A DNA stretch of 63,462 nucleotides, filler included, from Aduncisulcus paluster (Eukaryota), in NCBI GenBank assembly GCA_024181965.1. It is 5 parts of 5 records of this genome, joined end to end, with 100 filler letters (N's around TTAATTAATTAA, not from the genome) between each part and the next. Parts side by side here need not be neighbours in the genome. Positions count along the whole stretch, not along the records: positions 1 to 26,453 come from BQXS01012731.1; 4 more parts are not named here. One strand, given 5' to 3'. Below the pieces are notes generated by a model. The model was not told the origin of the DNA. It did no database searches and saw only the letters and a program-made list of their open reading frames with translations. Below, in pieces: positions 1-12,025 of the stretch; the first letter of the stretch is position 1, and every line of letters starts with the position of its first letter. Both the position numbers and the translations under genes were made by a program.

Positions 1-12
1 TCTCTGCTTCCT

Positions 13-3000
13 GTGGTCTCCGATGGTGAAATTGCTGCACAACAATTCACAAGGGGATATAATGTAACTTCCCATCTCGAAGAAGAGAATCTCCTGAGAG
101 CTCATATTAGAGAACAGGAGAAACTATTAATAGATGGGAGTGAGAAAGTTGGAGGAAGAAAGAGAGGTGGCTCCGATAAATCAAAGCGACGTCAACCCTC
201 TTCCGGTGGAGATGTCTTTTTAGCTTCATTTTTGAAAGAAAATGGTCGAGATACTCTTCCATCGAGTGCGCTCTCCTCTCTTCCACCCTCCTCTCTTCCC
301 GTTTCTTCCCTTTCTTCTCGATTATCCTCCATTGTTCTTTCTCAACGGAGCTATCTTCAGAATTCTCTCTCTCTCATCAATTCTTTGACTCATATTTCGA
401 CCCATAACGATACTCGCATCCATACCTCGACATATCTTTTACCCTATGTCTGTAATGAATACATTCCTTTGCTTAAATGTGTCAGCGAGGGAGTGTTGGA
501 AGACATCTTGATGACTGGAGCATCAAGCACAAAAGTTAAAGCTCAAGACCAACCAGATTTTGCTACTACACACCATAGACAATACAAGAAGCTCCTCTCA
601 CAAAAGGTAGTTACCAAATCATATTCTTTGACTCGTTCTAACTTTTCCCGTGTCGTGTTCTCTGCTGATTTTGGACGTCGTCACAATTCTCCGTACTTAT
701 GTCCTTTACTTGTTGCGCTAACCAATACCCAGACGAACACTGGAACTCTTATATTTCCCATGTGTGAAGGAGGGGACTTGGGTTCTTGGTGTCTACGTTT
801 GAAGGAAATGAAAGATAGTAGTTCATCTAAGGGCACCAAGAAAAGCTCTTGGTCTTTATTCGGCGCAAAAAAACAGCATGTGTCAGAATCGGTATCTCTC
901 ATTTCTCCAATTGAACGCTTCTTAATTCCATCACCCCCTCTTCTTTATTCCAGTCCGACACCGATTCTGATCCAACTTTTGTTGATATTTCGGGATATCT
1001 TGTGTGCTGTTTGTTTCCTCCACTCAAAGGGATATGTTCATTGTGACATTAAACCTGAGAATATCCTCCTTAGAAAGGATGGTTCTAATTCCAAGAGTGG
1101 AAGTGGAATGATGTCCTTGGAAAAAAATCACGATTATCGAGCAAAAGGGCTTGGAAAAGCTGTATCTGACATCCTTATGCGTGGTTTATTGGGAGATTTC
1201 GATGGAATAATGGATATCACTGAGTTGGCCCAACAGAAGACTTCCAAAACAGATAGAAGTGGACAGAAGACTGATACCTACACAAAGTCTCACGCATCAG
1301 CTCCTTCAAGACCATACTATCACATGGCTCCAGAGCTTCGTGGTTCTCATCCATCTGTTCCCACCTCATTCTCAGACATTTATGCCATTGGGACCAGTAT
1401 GAGACAGTGTGCCATGACATGTGGGGTGTGGTTAACCTGTCTCAAAGAGGAGGTATCAAGTGGGGAGCCTCATTCGCATCATCATTCTGCATTCGGCCAT
1501 ATTGATAGGTCTCATCAAGATCCCTGCCCTTGCGAAGGATGCCAATATGCCAGACTTGTGGAACACATGACATGTGAGACTCCACAGCAGAGAAGAACAG
1601 CCGCGGAGCTTCTCAGAGATCCCATGTTCGATCGGAAGTTGCTTGTTCGAAGATTTTTACAGTGGCAAGCCAAACAACAAAGTCATGGAAGAAAATATAT
1701 TCCGAATGATGAAATTCCCGTCTCTCTTGATATGGCAATAGTTATGCTTCAATCACTGAGACAAAAACAAAAACAAATTCGGAAGATACGTTCTGAATTA
1801 TATTCTACTGGAAACTTTGAATCTCTTTTGCGATCCCAGCAATCTTGTGTCAAATCCAATTCTTCCTCTCCTCTTCCTCGTTCCACTGCTTCATCTCGTT
1901 CTCATTCCATTTCTGAATCAAGCAGCGCCACACTGCCTTCACCTAATTCCGGCATTATGATTAACCCACCATCAAGCCCTAGTGATACCCGTCCCCCTTC
2001 TCCTTCAACATCTCAGGAGTCTTCTCTTCGCTCATTTAAATCCTCTATCCACCACTTAAACACTCTTATTAACGGTGCAAAGCAGATTGAGAAACAGTTT
2101 GATGAAGAGATAATCAAGATTATGAGAGAATGCGAAGAAGAATGGAAGGAAGAAGAAAACCTTTGCTCGTCTCTTGTTAGTTTCTCCTCTGAATCCAGTA
2201 GTACCTCTAGCTTCACTCAGCCACCCACTCGTGCAGTTAAAGATGATGGAATGCTGGAACTTTTACTGGAGTCGTGTGGAGTTGAAAAAGAAATATCTTC
2301 TCCGCTCTCACNNNNNNNNNNNNNNNNNNNNAACCCACCATCAAGCCCTAGTGATACCCGTCCCCCTTCTCCTTCAACATCTCAGGAGTCTTCTCTTCGC
2401 TCATTTAAATCCTCTATCCACCACTTACACACTCTTATTAACGGTGCAAAGCAGATTGAGAAACAGTTTGATGAAGAGATAATCAAGATTATGAGAGAAT
2501 GCGAAGAAGAATGGAAGGAAGAAGAAAACCTTTGCTCGTCTCTTGTTAGTTTCTCCTCTGAATCCAGTAGTACCTCTAGCTTCACTCAGCCACCCACTCG
2601 TGCAGTTAAAGATGATGGAATGCTGGAACTTTTACTGGAGTCGTGTGGAGTTGAAAAAGAAATATCTTCTCCGCTCTCACCAATGTCTCCTGGATCCCAC
2701 GAATACCCTGTACCTTCTCCAATGACCTCTTCTTGTTCGGGATTTGGTGCTCGTGGTGCACCTCTTTCATTCTTTTCCATCTGTAACCCTCATTCACTTC
2801 GATTGTTCTTCGTTTCCCGATTTCTACATGAAAACCTGGTAACTTCTGCCAAACATACGATTTTACTGTCTGATTATACTCATTTATCCCGACTAATCCC
2901 GCTTAATGAAACTATTAATGAACATTTACTCTTCCTCCCACTCTCTTGTGAAGAAGAGGCCATGGCCCTCACCAGGTACGGCTGTAAAGTGTCTGCAAGG

Positions 3001-3237
3001 AAGAGAATCACCATGTTCGAAAGTGTGCCAGGCATGCTCGATGAATTGGAATCGGTATGGGGCTTTGCCGTTGTTCGTGCTTGTCTTGGGAATTGTGTCG
3101 AATGTGATTCGAATCCTTTTGAGAAACTTGATGAAGACAATGTACATAGCGTTAAACATCTCAACGGTAAGGTGATAGCTCTTAATGATATTCCTATTTT
3201 GCCTCTATTTCTGTGTGTTGGTACTCCTTTTCATTAA
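13..3237 (+). CDS. Ser/Thr protein kinase (5'-partial) with C-terminal possible degenerate PARP-like domain
   Basis: Motifs HSKGYVHCDIKPEN, GDFDG (DFG variant), MAPE, SDIYAIG. The frame is open from the window start. 1963-2311 is re-read at 2332-2680 across an N gap, which inflates the protein by 123 aa. Confidence 0.85.
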   Translation: MVSDGEIAAQQFTRGYNVTSHLEEENLLRAHIREQEKLLIDGSEKVGGRKRGGSDKSKRRQPSSGGDVFLASFLKENGRDTLPSSALSSLPPSSLPVSSLSSRLSSIVLSQRSYLQNSLSLINSLTHISTHNDTRIHTSTYLLPYVCNEYIPLLKCVSEGVLEDILMTGASSTKVKAQDQPDFATTHHRQYKKLLSQKVVTKSYSLTRSNFSRVVFSADFGRRHNSPYLCPLLVALTNTQTNTGTLIFPMCEGGDLGSWCLRLKEMKDSSSSKGTKKSSWSLFGAKKQHVSESVSLISPIERFLIPSPPLLYSSPTPILIQLLLIFRDILCAVCFLHSKGYVHCDIKPENILLRKDGSNSKSGSGMMSLEKNHDYRAKGLGKAVSDILMRGLLGDFDGIMDITELAQQKTSKTDRSGQKTDTYTKSHASAPSRPYYHMAPELRGSHPSVPTSFSDIYAIGTSMRQCAMTCGVWLTCLKEEVSSGEPHSHHHSAFGHIDRSHQDPCPCEGCQYARLVEHMTCETPQQRRTAAELLRDPMFDRKLLVRRFLQWQAKQQSHGRKYIPNDEIPVSLDMAIVMLQSLRQKQKQIRKIRSELYSTGNFESLLRSQQSCVKSNSSSPLPRSTASSRSHSISESSSATLPSPNSGIMINPPSSPSDTRPPSPSTSQESSLRSFKSSIHHLNTLINGAKQIEKQFDEEIIKIMRECEEEWKEEENLCSSLVSFSSESSSTSSFTQPPTRAVKDDGMLELLLESCGVEKEISSPLSXXXXXXXNPPSSPSDTRPPSPSTSQESSLRSFKSSIHHLHTLINGAKQIEKQFDEEIIKIMRECEEEWKEEENLCSSLVSFSSESSSTSSFTQPPTRAVKDDGMLELLLESCGVEKEISSPLSPMSPGSHEYPVPSPMTSSCSGFGARGAPLSFFSICNPHSLRLFFVSRFLHENLVTSAKHTILLSDYTHLSRLIPLNETINEHLLFLPLSCEEEAMALTRYGCKVSARKRITMFESVPGMLDELESVWGFAVVRACLGNCVECDSNPFEKLDEDNVHSVKHLNGKVIALNDIPILPLFLCVGTPFH

Positions 3238-3662
3238 TATTTAGGTAAATTTCTTTATATTTTTTCATAAAAATCTTTATTTTCATCTTAACACTCCTCA
3301 GTAATGTAAAAGAGAACCTTTTCAAGTTGTGTATACCTTATTTTCTCGTTTGAATGAGGCTTTCTGTTTTTCATTCTTCCATTCTTTTTTTATATATTTT
3401 GATAAGACAATATGTGTTAATATCTCAGTTTATTATTATTTATGATAATATTTTTTTATTTTGTCTTGAATACATTCTTCAGAATTACCCAAAAATTTCT
3501 TGATTGTTTCTCCAATAAATGCACAACAATAATATAAATTCATGCATGAAAAAACAATTTTAAAATAAATTTAGCCATTGAAAATTCTATTTGCCCTCCA
3601 ATACCCAAAATTTAATGATTTTGCCAAACTTGGCCCCATATTAGAACGTAGTTATATTTTTA

Positions 3663-5843
3663 ATGTCGATAGATCAAGAATTAAAACAAGTTGGTCTTCC
3701 TCCATTAGATTTTGACCGCCCAAATTATTTTACTGAAGTTGTAGGATATGATAGAGATCCTACATCAGAAGAACGGGATAGATTACTTCCTTCCGAGGCA
3801 ATTAAGAAATTACCCCCAGCACAAGATGTCTTAGTTGTTGCTGCAGCTGTAAAAAGGTGGAATAGAGGTGAAGGAAGGACTATGTTAGAATTAATCCAAG
3901 CAGAAAGGAAAAAAATACAACACCAAGAAAAACTCATTCATCAAAAGCAAGAATCGTCTCAAAAACGATCTGCCAGACTCAAAAGTAGCCGTCGAAAAAT
4001 AGCTTCCGCCAGAGCTGCTTCTTCTTCTATTCCTAATTTTGCTCTGGATGGAAGTGGAGCGAAACGATCAATAGAGGATCGAGTTAATGCATTTTCTCAC
4101 TGGCTTCTCCAACGGGCAGCCGATAGATCCAAACCAGAACTAGCTTGTGATCATTCGTTTGTACCCAGACCTCCAAAGTGTATTCCGAGGCCTATGACAA
4201 CTTCTGTCCGCAAAGAACGCTTCAAAGAAGTTGTCCATGCTTTGCAACCCCCTAAAACCAGTGAAAGTGTCCATCGGCCAAGCCTGGCATATCCCGAGCT
4301 TGTGAGGGAACACAATGAAAGGTTACAAAGCCGCCGAGCTTTTGGAGATGCCTTCGATGATACCGAACAAATTGGTGATCTTTTTGGGTATTCTGAAGAG
4401 ATTGCCACTCTTGCTCCGACAGATGTCAACCCAACTCCGTTTGGAGGTACTTCTCAAGTTCAAGATCAATATGATAGATACGAACGTAAAGCGAAAAGGC
4501 AAAAGCGAGCTGCAACAAGTGGTGGTCTTTCGCAGCGGAGAACAGTAGCATCGTCGAAATCTAGTCGATTTTCAATGTCAATGGGATCGAGTCGATCTCC
4601 AACAAAGAATCAAAATAAGGCCCCAAAGCGACAATCTCATCTTCGTGCTCGTGGTATCGCCACTGCTCAACCAGCTACAAGAAAATCTTCGACTCTGACT
4701 CCTCATTCCCCTCAAAGAAGGGCTCAAACCTCTGGTAATGTTCATACTGGTCAATCTACCAGGCCTATTACCGCTGCCCAACGTTCTCTTATTCTCCGTG
4801 ATTATGTCAATACTCTCCGTGCCACGAGTGCCCCTATTCAGCGTGCTCATGACATTGCAGAACGCAACCTAAGATCGATGGATAGTCCAGTTCTGCGACG
4901 TCCTGAGTTCAGGGATATGGTTAAGGCTACTGGTGGGAAGCTATTTGCTAAAACACCTGATCAATCATATGAAATGGATCATCGTTATTCTAGGACTCTC
5001 TCAAAACATCCATCTCTGGGAAACTCTTCAAAGATTCATAAAACATCAAAAGCTTCATATCAAACGACACCATCCACTCCATTTTCGGTGATGCATGGAA
5101 ATGATCCGCAAACGACTCCACGCCAGCTTGATGCTTCTTCTCCTCACGGTGAATCAGAGTTTCCTCCCATTGTTCAATATACTCCTCAGAATGAGCCTCA
5201 AACGGCCCGTGCATCCTTTTTCTCAATGAGTGGTTCGTCATCACAATGGTTTAACCCCAGTGGACCCCTTTCTGGTCGTTCTGACTTGTCTTATGCATCT
5301 CCCTCAATGTCATCGTCACGCAGAGGACAATTCCACCGTCCAAAACCTCCCAGATCGAAGTCCTCTTCGATCATTAAGAGGAATCGCAAGGGCCACCATT
5401 ACATTTCGGCTTCTGAACAGGCCGAGAAACGAGTTACTTTCTCTCGAGACACTGGAACTGCCTCGATGTCCACATTACCTCCACCCCATCCTTCCTCCAT
5501 GCGTGAAACAGGCTCTAAAACAACATCCCAACATCAACAATCCACAGATCATCAACCCGTGTCGGCCTCCAAACCATCTGTTCTATCAGTGACAAACAAA
5601 CTTCTTCTTGCTTGGTCACCACGATCACCAGGACGGTTCAAGCTCGTTGAGAAAGAGAAGCTTGGGAAGATTCAATATGTTGGTGCTGCTAAGAACTACC
5701 GTGTTGACTATTCAAAGACTCCCAAGGATATGGTTTGTGATGTCAAGCGACAGGTTGTATCCGAGAGTTCCAAATTTTGGGAAAAAGGGGCTGACGTTGC
5801 AAAGGAACTTATTGCTGAAGCTGTTCGAATGGAAAATGAATGA
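3663..5843 (+). CDS. Hypothetical basic, Ser/Arg-rich low-complexity protein
   Basis: 726-codon ATG ORF between AT-rich intergenic tracts; no recognisable domain. Confidence 0.8.
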   Translation: MSIDQELKQVGLPPLDFDRPNYFTEVVGYDRDPTSEERDRLLPSEAIKKLPPAQDVLVVAAAVKRWNRGEGRTMLELIQAERKKIQHQEKLIHQKQESSQKRSARLKSSRRKIASARAASSSIPNFALDGSGAKRSIEDRVNAFSHWLLQRAADRSKPELACDHSFVPRPPKCIPRPMTTSVRKERFKEVVHALQPPKTSESVHRPSLAYPELVREHNERLQSRRAFGDAFDDTEQIGDLFGYSEEIATLAPTDVNPTPFGGTSQVQDQYDRYERKAKRQKRAATSGGLSQRRTVASSKSSRFSMSMGSSRSPTKNQNKAPKRQSHLRARGIATAQPATRKSSTLTPHSPQRRAQTSGNVHTGQSTRPITAAQRSLILRDYVNTLRATSAPIQRAHDIAERNLRSMDSPVLRRPEFRDMVKATGGKLFAKTPDQSYEMDHRYSRTLSKHPSLGNSSKIHKTSKASYQTTPSTPFSVMHGNDPQTTPRQLDASSPHGESEFPPIVQYTPQNEPQTARASFFSMSGSSSQWFNPSGPLSGRSDLSYASPSMSSSRRGQFHRPKPPRSKSSSIIKRNRKGHHYISASEQAEKRVTFSRDTGTASMSTLPPPHPSSMRETGSKTTSQHQQSTDHQPVSASKPSVLSVTNKLLLAWSPRSPGRFKLVEKEKLGKIQYVGAAKNYRVDYSKTPKDMVCDVKRQVVSESSKFWEKGADVAKELIAEAVRMENE

Positions 5844-6787
5844 GAACAAGAAAGAAAATGTATTTGAGAAATGAGATCATCAGAAATAATTGTATATATA
5901 AAATCTAGCTTTGCTATTTGTAGTAATTCCAAATTTCTTTTTCTTTTTTTCTTTTTTTCTGTGTTCCTATCATGTTTCCTGCTTCTTACTCCTTGAAAAA
6001 ACACCCTTGGAGAAATGAATCCAGTACATCAGAGAAATATCGCATATTATATCGTTATTTGACATTTATTTTTATGAAATATTATTAATTTAAATTGTGT
6101 AATTTCTCACACATACACTCATTCTCATTGTCCTAATTACGCATTATACCATGTGAAATATAGCTTTATTAGACTAGGATAATGAGATCTTCGCCAATAA
6201 ATCTTATATTTTCTTGATATCTGGCTCTTGGGTTCAACCAGACCCTACCTCTGAATCTATGCTTTTATTCCAAATTCAAAATAACTTTGGGAGATTAATA
6301 AGGAATAATAAAACAAATTTTGAATGCACATTTGAAAGTTTAGCTCCAAAACTCGAACAACGAGAAAATATCGGTTTTCTCGTGCACATTTTGATACTAT
6401 ATAATATTTTACACGATCAAATATATCAACCGTTGATATAATTAAAATTGATGTTCAAAAGTCTCCCATGATAGTCCTGTTCTCGATACTGAAGTCAGAA
6501 CTGTGAAGAAATTAGTTTATTCGTTAATTCCCGGTTCAGCCAAGTGTAAACAATTTATTTCCAAGATTACGATCTAATACAAACTTCTTTGCACAACTGA
6601 CAGAGAAAGTATATTTAGTTTTTGAAAATAGGTTTATTGATTGCATGGGGATGGAATTTATTTATGATATAGCATTTATTGTCCTTTTTCCATTGTATTA
6701 TTGTGATGAAATCGCTCTATCATTCAACTGAAATTTCAAGCTTTGAAAAGAGTTCGAAGGATCTTGGACTATAGTCTAGCTAGCAGA

Positions 6788-6881
6788 AGAGATTGCGTAG
6801 AATGTGTACAGTACAGTACAGTACAGTATAGTATAGTATAGTACAGTATAGTATAGTATAGTATAGTATAGTATAGTATAG
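6788..6881. repeat. Pentamer satellite (TACAG/TATAG)n with unique head AGAGATTGCGTAGAATGTG
   Basis: About 15 TAYAG units. The same head followed by pentamers recurs at 15422. Confidence 0.9.
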
Positions 6882-6887
6882 AGTTTA

Positions 6888-7481
6888 TTATTGAAGTTTC
6901 CCTTTTCTGTGACGTTGGCAATAGTCACACCTGCATTCGAGTTGTTCGAGAATCAAAGGATGTATTTTTATAAAAGGAATGGAGTATTCGGGAGATAATG
7001 CGAATTCTGCTTCTGACAGATCAGTATCGCTCTCGGCTTCTACTGCTTTAACTTGTTCATATGTTTCCAAGGTTGGTAGCAAAGCAAAAGAAGATTTTGG
7101 AAAAGCTTTCAGTTGCATGATGCCCATTTTCATCCCTTCTCTTGTGCCAACTGCCTTTGGATCGCCTCCAATTGAATTGGCGAGATACCTACTATGCGAT
7201 GTTAACAACCCAGTGCTTGAACTTCTCTTCCGTCCAGAGGGGATTTGCTCACTTAGTTTAGCATCATGTTGATGTGCAAGAGCAGACAAACACACAGAGG
7301 GATGCCTAGAAGTCCCATGGAGAGAAGAAGTCTTTGGGGTTGCAAAGAATGGGTTGGATTTAAGATCTAATTCATCAATGCTAATACTTCGACCAATATC
7401 TTCTTCTTCTTCTTCCTGTTTATCTCTATCTCCTCCTTCTTTCTTTTCTTCCTCTTCTTCCTCCTCTTCCTCTTCCTCCTT
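6888..7481 (-). CDS. Probable C-terminal continuation of pantothenate kinase in the +1 frame
   Basis: No ATG near its start. Its poly-Glu tract continues the poly-Glu tract that ends the PanK frame (…EEEESIY* then KEEEE…). Confidence 0.5.
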   Translation of the reverse strand, partial: KEEEEEEEEEEEKKEGGDRDKQEEEEEDIGRSISIDELDLKSNPFFATPKTSSLHGTSRHPSVCLSALAHQHDAKLSEQIPSGRKRSSSTGLLTSHSRYLANSIGGDPKAVGTREGMKMGIMQLKAFPKSSFALLPTLETYEQVKAVEAESDTDLSEAEFALSPEYSIPFIKIHPLILEQLECRCDYCQRHRKGKLQ

Positions 7482-9286
7482 AATAAATTGACTCTTCTTC
7501 TTCTTCTTCTTCTTCTTCTTCTTCCACCACTTCTTCTTTCTCAGCGTGTTCTTTCTCATCCAAGACAATTGTATCTAATTCGAGAGGCGTGTGGGAAGGG
7601 GAAGTTGGGGCACTCTGGGTAAGGTTGAGAATGGCAGAGTGGTGTATGAGACCAGGAGATGACCTCTTAGGCTCTTTCCTTGCAGAATACTTATGGCAAG
7701 TGTATTTTACAATAACTTTAAAAAATCTTCTCACGAATAAAAATAGATAGAAAAAATATCCCAGCCATCTGACGATCGGGTGAGCGCAATGCATAAATCC
7801 AAGGATAATAATATATAATATTGACATAATTGACTTTGAAGAATTCTTTTTCTTTCGAACTTTGCTCATCATTTTCCTATATGATCTTATACCCACTGGA
7901 CGGGGATCAAAAAGAGGAAGAATCTCACTTAATTCGGCTCCACTTTTGAGTCGAAGCGATAACATACTTAAATTGGTCGATGCACTGAGATAACTCACAC
8001 AGTCTTGGACAACACATCCAGTGCTTCCCAGGAAACCCTCGTGCGCAACGAACAGGGTCTTAACGTGACCACCAGACCAGTATTTCATCGCAAAACTCAC
8101 AGCAGCCATGGCAACAGGATGGTTACGAATAAAATAACCTCCGAAGACAACTCTTTTCACCTTTAATCTTTTCGCATTATGGCACGCAAGTTGAGCAATA
8201 TTCAAACATATCATTNNNNNNNNNNNNNNNNNNNNCGTGCGCAACGAACAGGGTCTTAACGTGACCACCAGACCAGTATTTCATCGCAAAACTCACAGCA
8301 GCCATGGCAACAGGATGGTTACGAATAAAATAACCTCCGAAGACAACTCTTTTCACCTTTAATCTTTTCGCATTATGGCACGCAAGTTGAGCAATATTCA
8401 AACATATCATTTTAAGTAAGGAATTGGCAATATCAGCATCAGATACCTTCTTTTTCTTTTGGAGGGCGGACGCAACCTTCCCAAAGCAAGAAGCTATGGT
8501 GTTTGAAGCGAGACCAACTTTCCCATATGCTTTCCCATATATATCACCCACTAATAGATCAACGTTATCGGAATTTCCATGCTTTGCGAGGTCTAGCAGT
8601 TCATCAAAAGTCTTAGCTCCCGTCAATAGGAAAGCTAAACCCCAGAATGTACCTCCACCAATAGACGATCCATCAACACGCTCCCAACTGTAAGGACTCT
8701 CACCAGAGACGTGTACAAATGATATTCCTGATCCCATAGAGACAAATAAATAGGGGAACAGGTCTCGACGATGTCTGAATGTTGGGAGACGGAAACGGGG
8801 TTTCCTTTCAGATTTCTCTGGAAGATATAAGAAACTTTCGCCAGGAAATGTGCGCAATAGAAAGTTTAATCCGAAGATGAGAGACTCCATTTCGTCATTT
8901 TTCTTAATGGGAAGCCGAAATTCCTTTGAAAGATATGACTCAAACTTTAGAGAGCCACCTCCACAGGCAGTAAAATGATCAACAAGTTTATGAATACCAT
9001 TAGATACAACAAAATCAACGAATTCTTGGATATTAATTGTTAAAAAACGAAAAAAATGAAAGGTACCACCCATCACACAAGAAGCAAAAGACATGTCTTT
9101 CACGTAGTTTGCTTTAAATCTATGTGCTAGGATTGGAGATTGACCGCCGATGGGAACAAAAACACTCGCTTTGATAAGGCTCCCGCCGATATCAACAGAT
9201 AAGCGGAACTTAGAATAAAATAAGTACAAAATTGTATATTTTGATATCTATTCAAAATTTAAATTATTAATACTACTTACTTTCAT
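7480..9286 (-). CDS. PANK: Type II (eukaryotic/fumble) pantothenate kinase with C-terminal hydrophobic and acidic extension
   Basis: VDIGGSLIK, ACGGGS, NDEMESL, SMGSGIS, DGSSIGGGTFWGL, DLLVGDIYG, HEGFLG. Exon 1 is ATG AAA (9286-9281); intron 9280-9209 (GTAAGT…TAAG). 8040-8215 duplicates 8236-8411 across an N gap. Confidence 0.93.
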
Positions 9287-9617
9287 TTTTTAAGCCATAG
9301 AAACACAGGAAAAGAACGCGATTTGGTAAAGATTTTTGAAGACGGCGCGTCTTTCTTCAATCAACATTGAAATAGAGCCAGTACTGGTAAAATATCATTG
9401 ATATTCAGTTTTTAGTCATTGTTGTATCGATCTCAACTTTATTTTTCCCATTAACCAGAAAATATTGTTTGATGGAGTCATAGTGTTCAGTATATAATAA
9501 TGAATGTGTAAAGCTTTTGTTTTGGAATAAAATATTGAAGTATTTCATAATTTTAAGATCAGGGAGAAAAGAACCGATAGTTCTTCGAATGGGTCGATTT
9601 TGTTGAATTGGCAAAAA

Positions 9618-12025
9618 ATGACAAAGAGTATGTGCATATTATATTTACTTAATTTCTATTATTTCCATTTCTCATCTGATTCTCTTATGAATTTCTTTCG
9701 TATCTCCTCAATCATCATCTAACATTATTATTACATTTAGAAAGGTCAAAAGAAGCCAATATTCCTCAATACCTGTTGACTCAAGAAAGTCGAACTAGGT
9801 TTGACTCCATTTTAGCCCAATGTTTAGAGAAAGCTAGAAAACCTCTTCGAAAGGCACCTGTTGTTGGGAGAAAACCATTAGATTTATATCAATTATTTTT
9901 ACAAATAGAAGGCCGTGGAGGATTAACCACGGTTATGGAAGAAAAATTATTTAAAGATGTTGGGGAAGCTCTTGATCTTCCTGCAACGGTAACCAACGTC
10001 GGATGGATTCTACGTGTAAAATATGAACAGTTAATATCACCCCATATTTCAACTTTAAGGGAGCATATTTGGCCCAATAGTCCAGGAGCTCTTGTGGATC
10101 AACGTGAAGATGGTATGCGTTCTACAAAAGAATCTCTTGGCTATTCAAGTCCTGGGAAGCGTAGAGAATTTGTTGATTCAATGCATTATCCACCTGTTGT
10201 AAGGTTTCCTCAACCTCCCAACCCTTCCATGGTGTATGTTGAAGTCGAGGAAGAGGAGCCAGCCCAACCATATTTATTCAATTCAAATCCACAAGGATCA
10301 TTCTTATCCCCTACAATGCCTCCTCCTGTTGCTGAATCACTGGTCCAGATTCCCCCAACCTCTTCCTCTTCTTCCTCCTCTTCCTCTTCTTCCTCCTCCT
10401 CTTCCTCTTCGACTGCTGGGCCTGAACCTATATTTCCTCCCAGTGGAAACAACCAGATTGTCCGATATACTCCTTCCTCCCACCCGACGTTCTCTCGAGA
10501 TTCCCACCAAACCTCATCTCTCACTCACTTCCACCCTTCCCTTGCATCCATTCAGGAGGCATTTGTTCATCTAGTTCAGAGATATGTCCTTCCTGAGCAT
10601 ATGAGGGAGGAGAGAAGACGTTCTGTGTTTGGAATGTCTCCATCATCTGCTTCCTCCTCTTCCTCTTCCTCCTCTTCCTCCTCCTCTTCCTCCTCCTCTT
10701 CTTCTCCCTCTTCCTCCTCTTCCACGCCCTTGTGTTCATCTTCATTGGTTCCAGATCCCCCTTATTCTCCTCTCTCTTCCTTCCATGTTTCTTACATTCC
10801 TGCCCTCCTCTCTCTCTTTCCTCTCTCATCGGTGTCTCTCTGTAATCTCCCTCAGCTTACAGATTATGACCTTAAACGCCTCACACTGCCTCCAACCATT
10901 ACTCACCTTGATATTGGTGCTAATGATAACTTCACGGGGTCAGCTTTCCCAATGGCCAACAATCTTCGTTCTCTCAGGATCTGGCTCAAATCATCACACG
11001 GGAGTTCTCTCTACGGTGGTAGCAGGGGAAAAGACGTGAAAGATGTGCTTGCTGCTGTTTTTAAGAGCTACGGTGGAATCCTTGAGGTTCTGGAGATCTA
11101 CGGATGTGATGATTTGGTAGATTTCCGGCTTGAAAAGGGCATTCCTTCGGGTTCAGCTGATGCTTTGAAACTTCCTTACAAACTCCAAAGGTTGGTATTG
11201 ACGGGATTACCGGCTCAGTGTGATTTTTCTCTTCTTCCTATGGCATTACCTCAATCAGTCGATTCTTTGATACTGTCGTGTTCGAAAAGGGACAAAAAAT
11301 GCTGTCAACAAGGAGATGACAAAGACGAGGAAGAAACTGTGCAAGAGTTTGGACCTCAATCTTTCCCTGCCTTCCTTGGAATGCCCTCTGCCTCCTCTTC
11401 CGCCTCTGCCTCCTCTTCATCCTCTTCATCCTCTTCATGTTCTCCTTTGTTCATGTCGATTCCTTCTTCGAGCTCTCTGATGTGTCATTTTGTGACATCT
11501 CTCACTCTGTCTTCCATCCCTTGTGTCCGTTTTGAACTATTGGGATCCATATTTCCTTCATTGGTCTCCCTTAGACTGATTGATACACACGTGGATAATG
11601 ACAGGGCTCCGTCTATGAAATCTGTGCTCCCTCGGTTAAAGAGATACGAATGTGTCAACGTTAGCGGACATGTTCTTGATACACTGTCTTCCAAAATACC
11701 TATTAGCTTGTCCATAGATGATCTATCCGGGGTACAAGAACTCACCGTTGCTCAGGATCATCCTCCAATCGCAATTCCACAGCCCCAACCGGCATTTAAC
11801 CATGAATTCCCGGCTACAACCGATGATTATCTCGCACAGAGCATGAACACCTCTCTGGATGTGTCTGGAGCACCAATAATACACTCTGGGCCAACGATGA
11901 TCGGTGGATTAGGGAGAGAAACATCGCTGGGACTTTCATCGAGTAGTTTTCCGCCTGATCCATTAGCTATGCCTTTAGAAGGTGGAATGTTAGGAAGTGA
12001 GGAAGATGGTATTCGGTGGTTATAA
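9618..12025 (+). CDS. ARID/BRIGHT-domain protein with C-terminal LRR-like repeats
   Basis: ARID signature PVVGRKPLDLYQLF…RGG…V…FKDVGEALDLP…LRVKYEQL; LxxLxL repeats downstream. Exon 1 9618-9627 and intron 9628-9740 (GTATGT…TTAG) give in-frame MTKKRSKEANIPQYLLTQE. Confidence 0.85.

Noticed and set aside
2332..2680. Internal domain duplication in the kinase
   Set aside because: The duplicate flanks a 20-N gap, like other unmerged overlaps in the window.
6050..6780. Possible snoRNA/snRNA or small gene (GTGATGA…CTGA near 6703-6731; ACAGAGA at 6600)
   Set aside because: Box spacing is too short, there is no U6 context, and the short ORFs lack recognisable motifs.
10361..10720. Poly-Ser/poly-Glu TCT-TCC tracts and their antisense poly-Glu/Arg ORFs
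   Set aside because: Coding microsatellites common to many genes here; the antisense ORFs are shadows.
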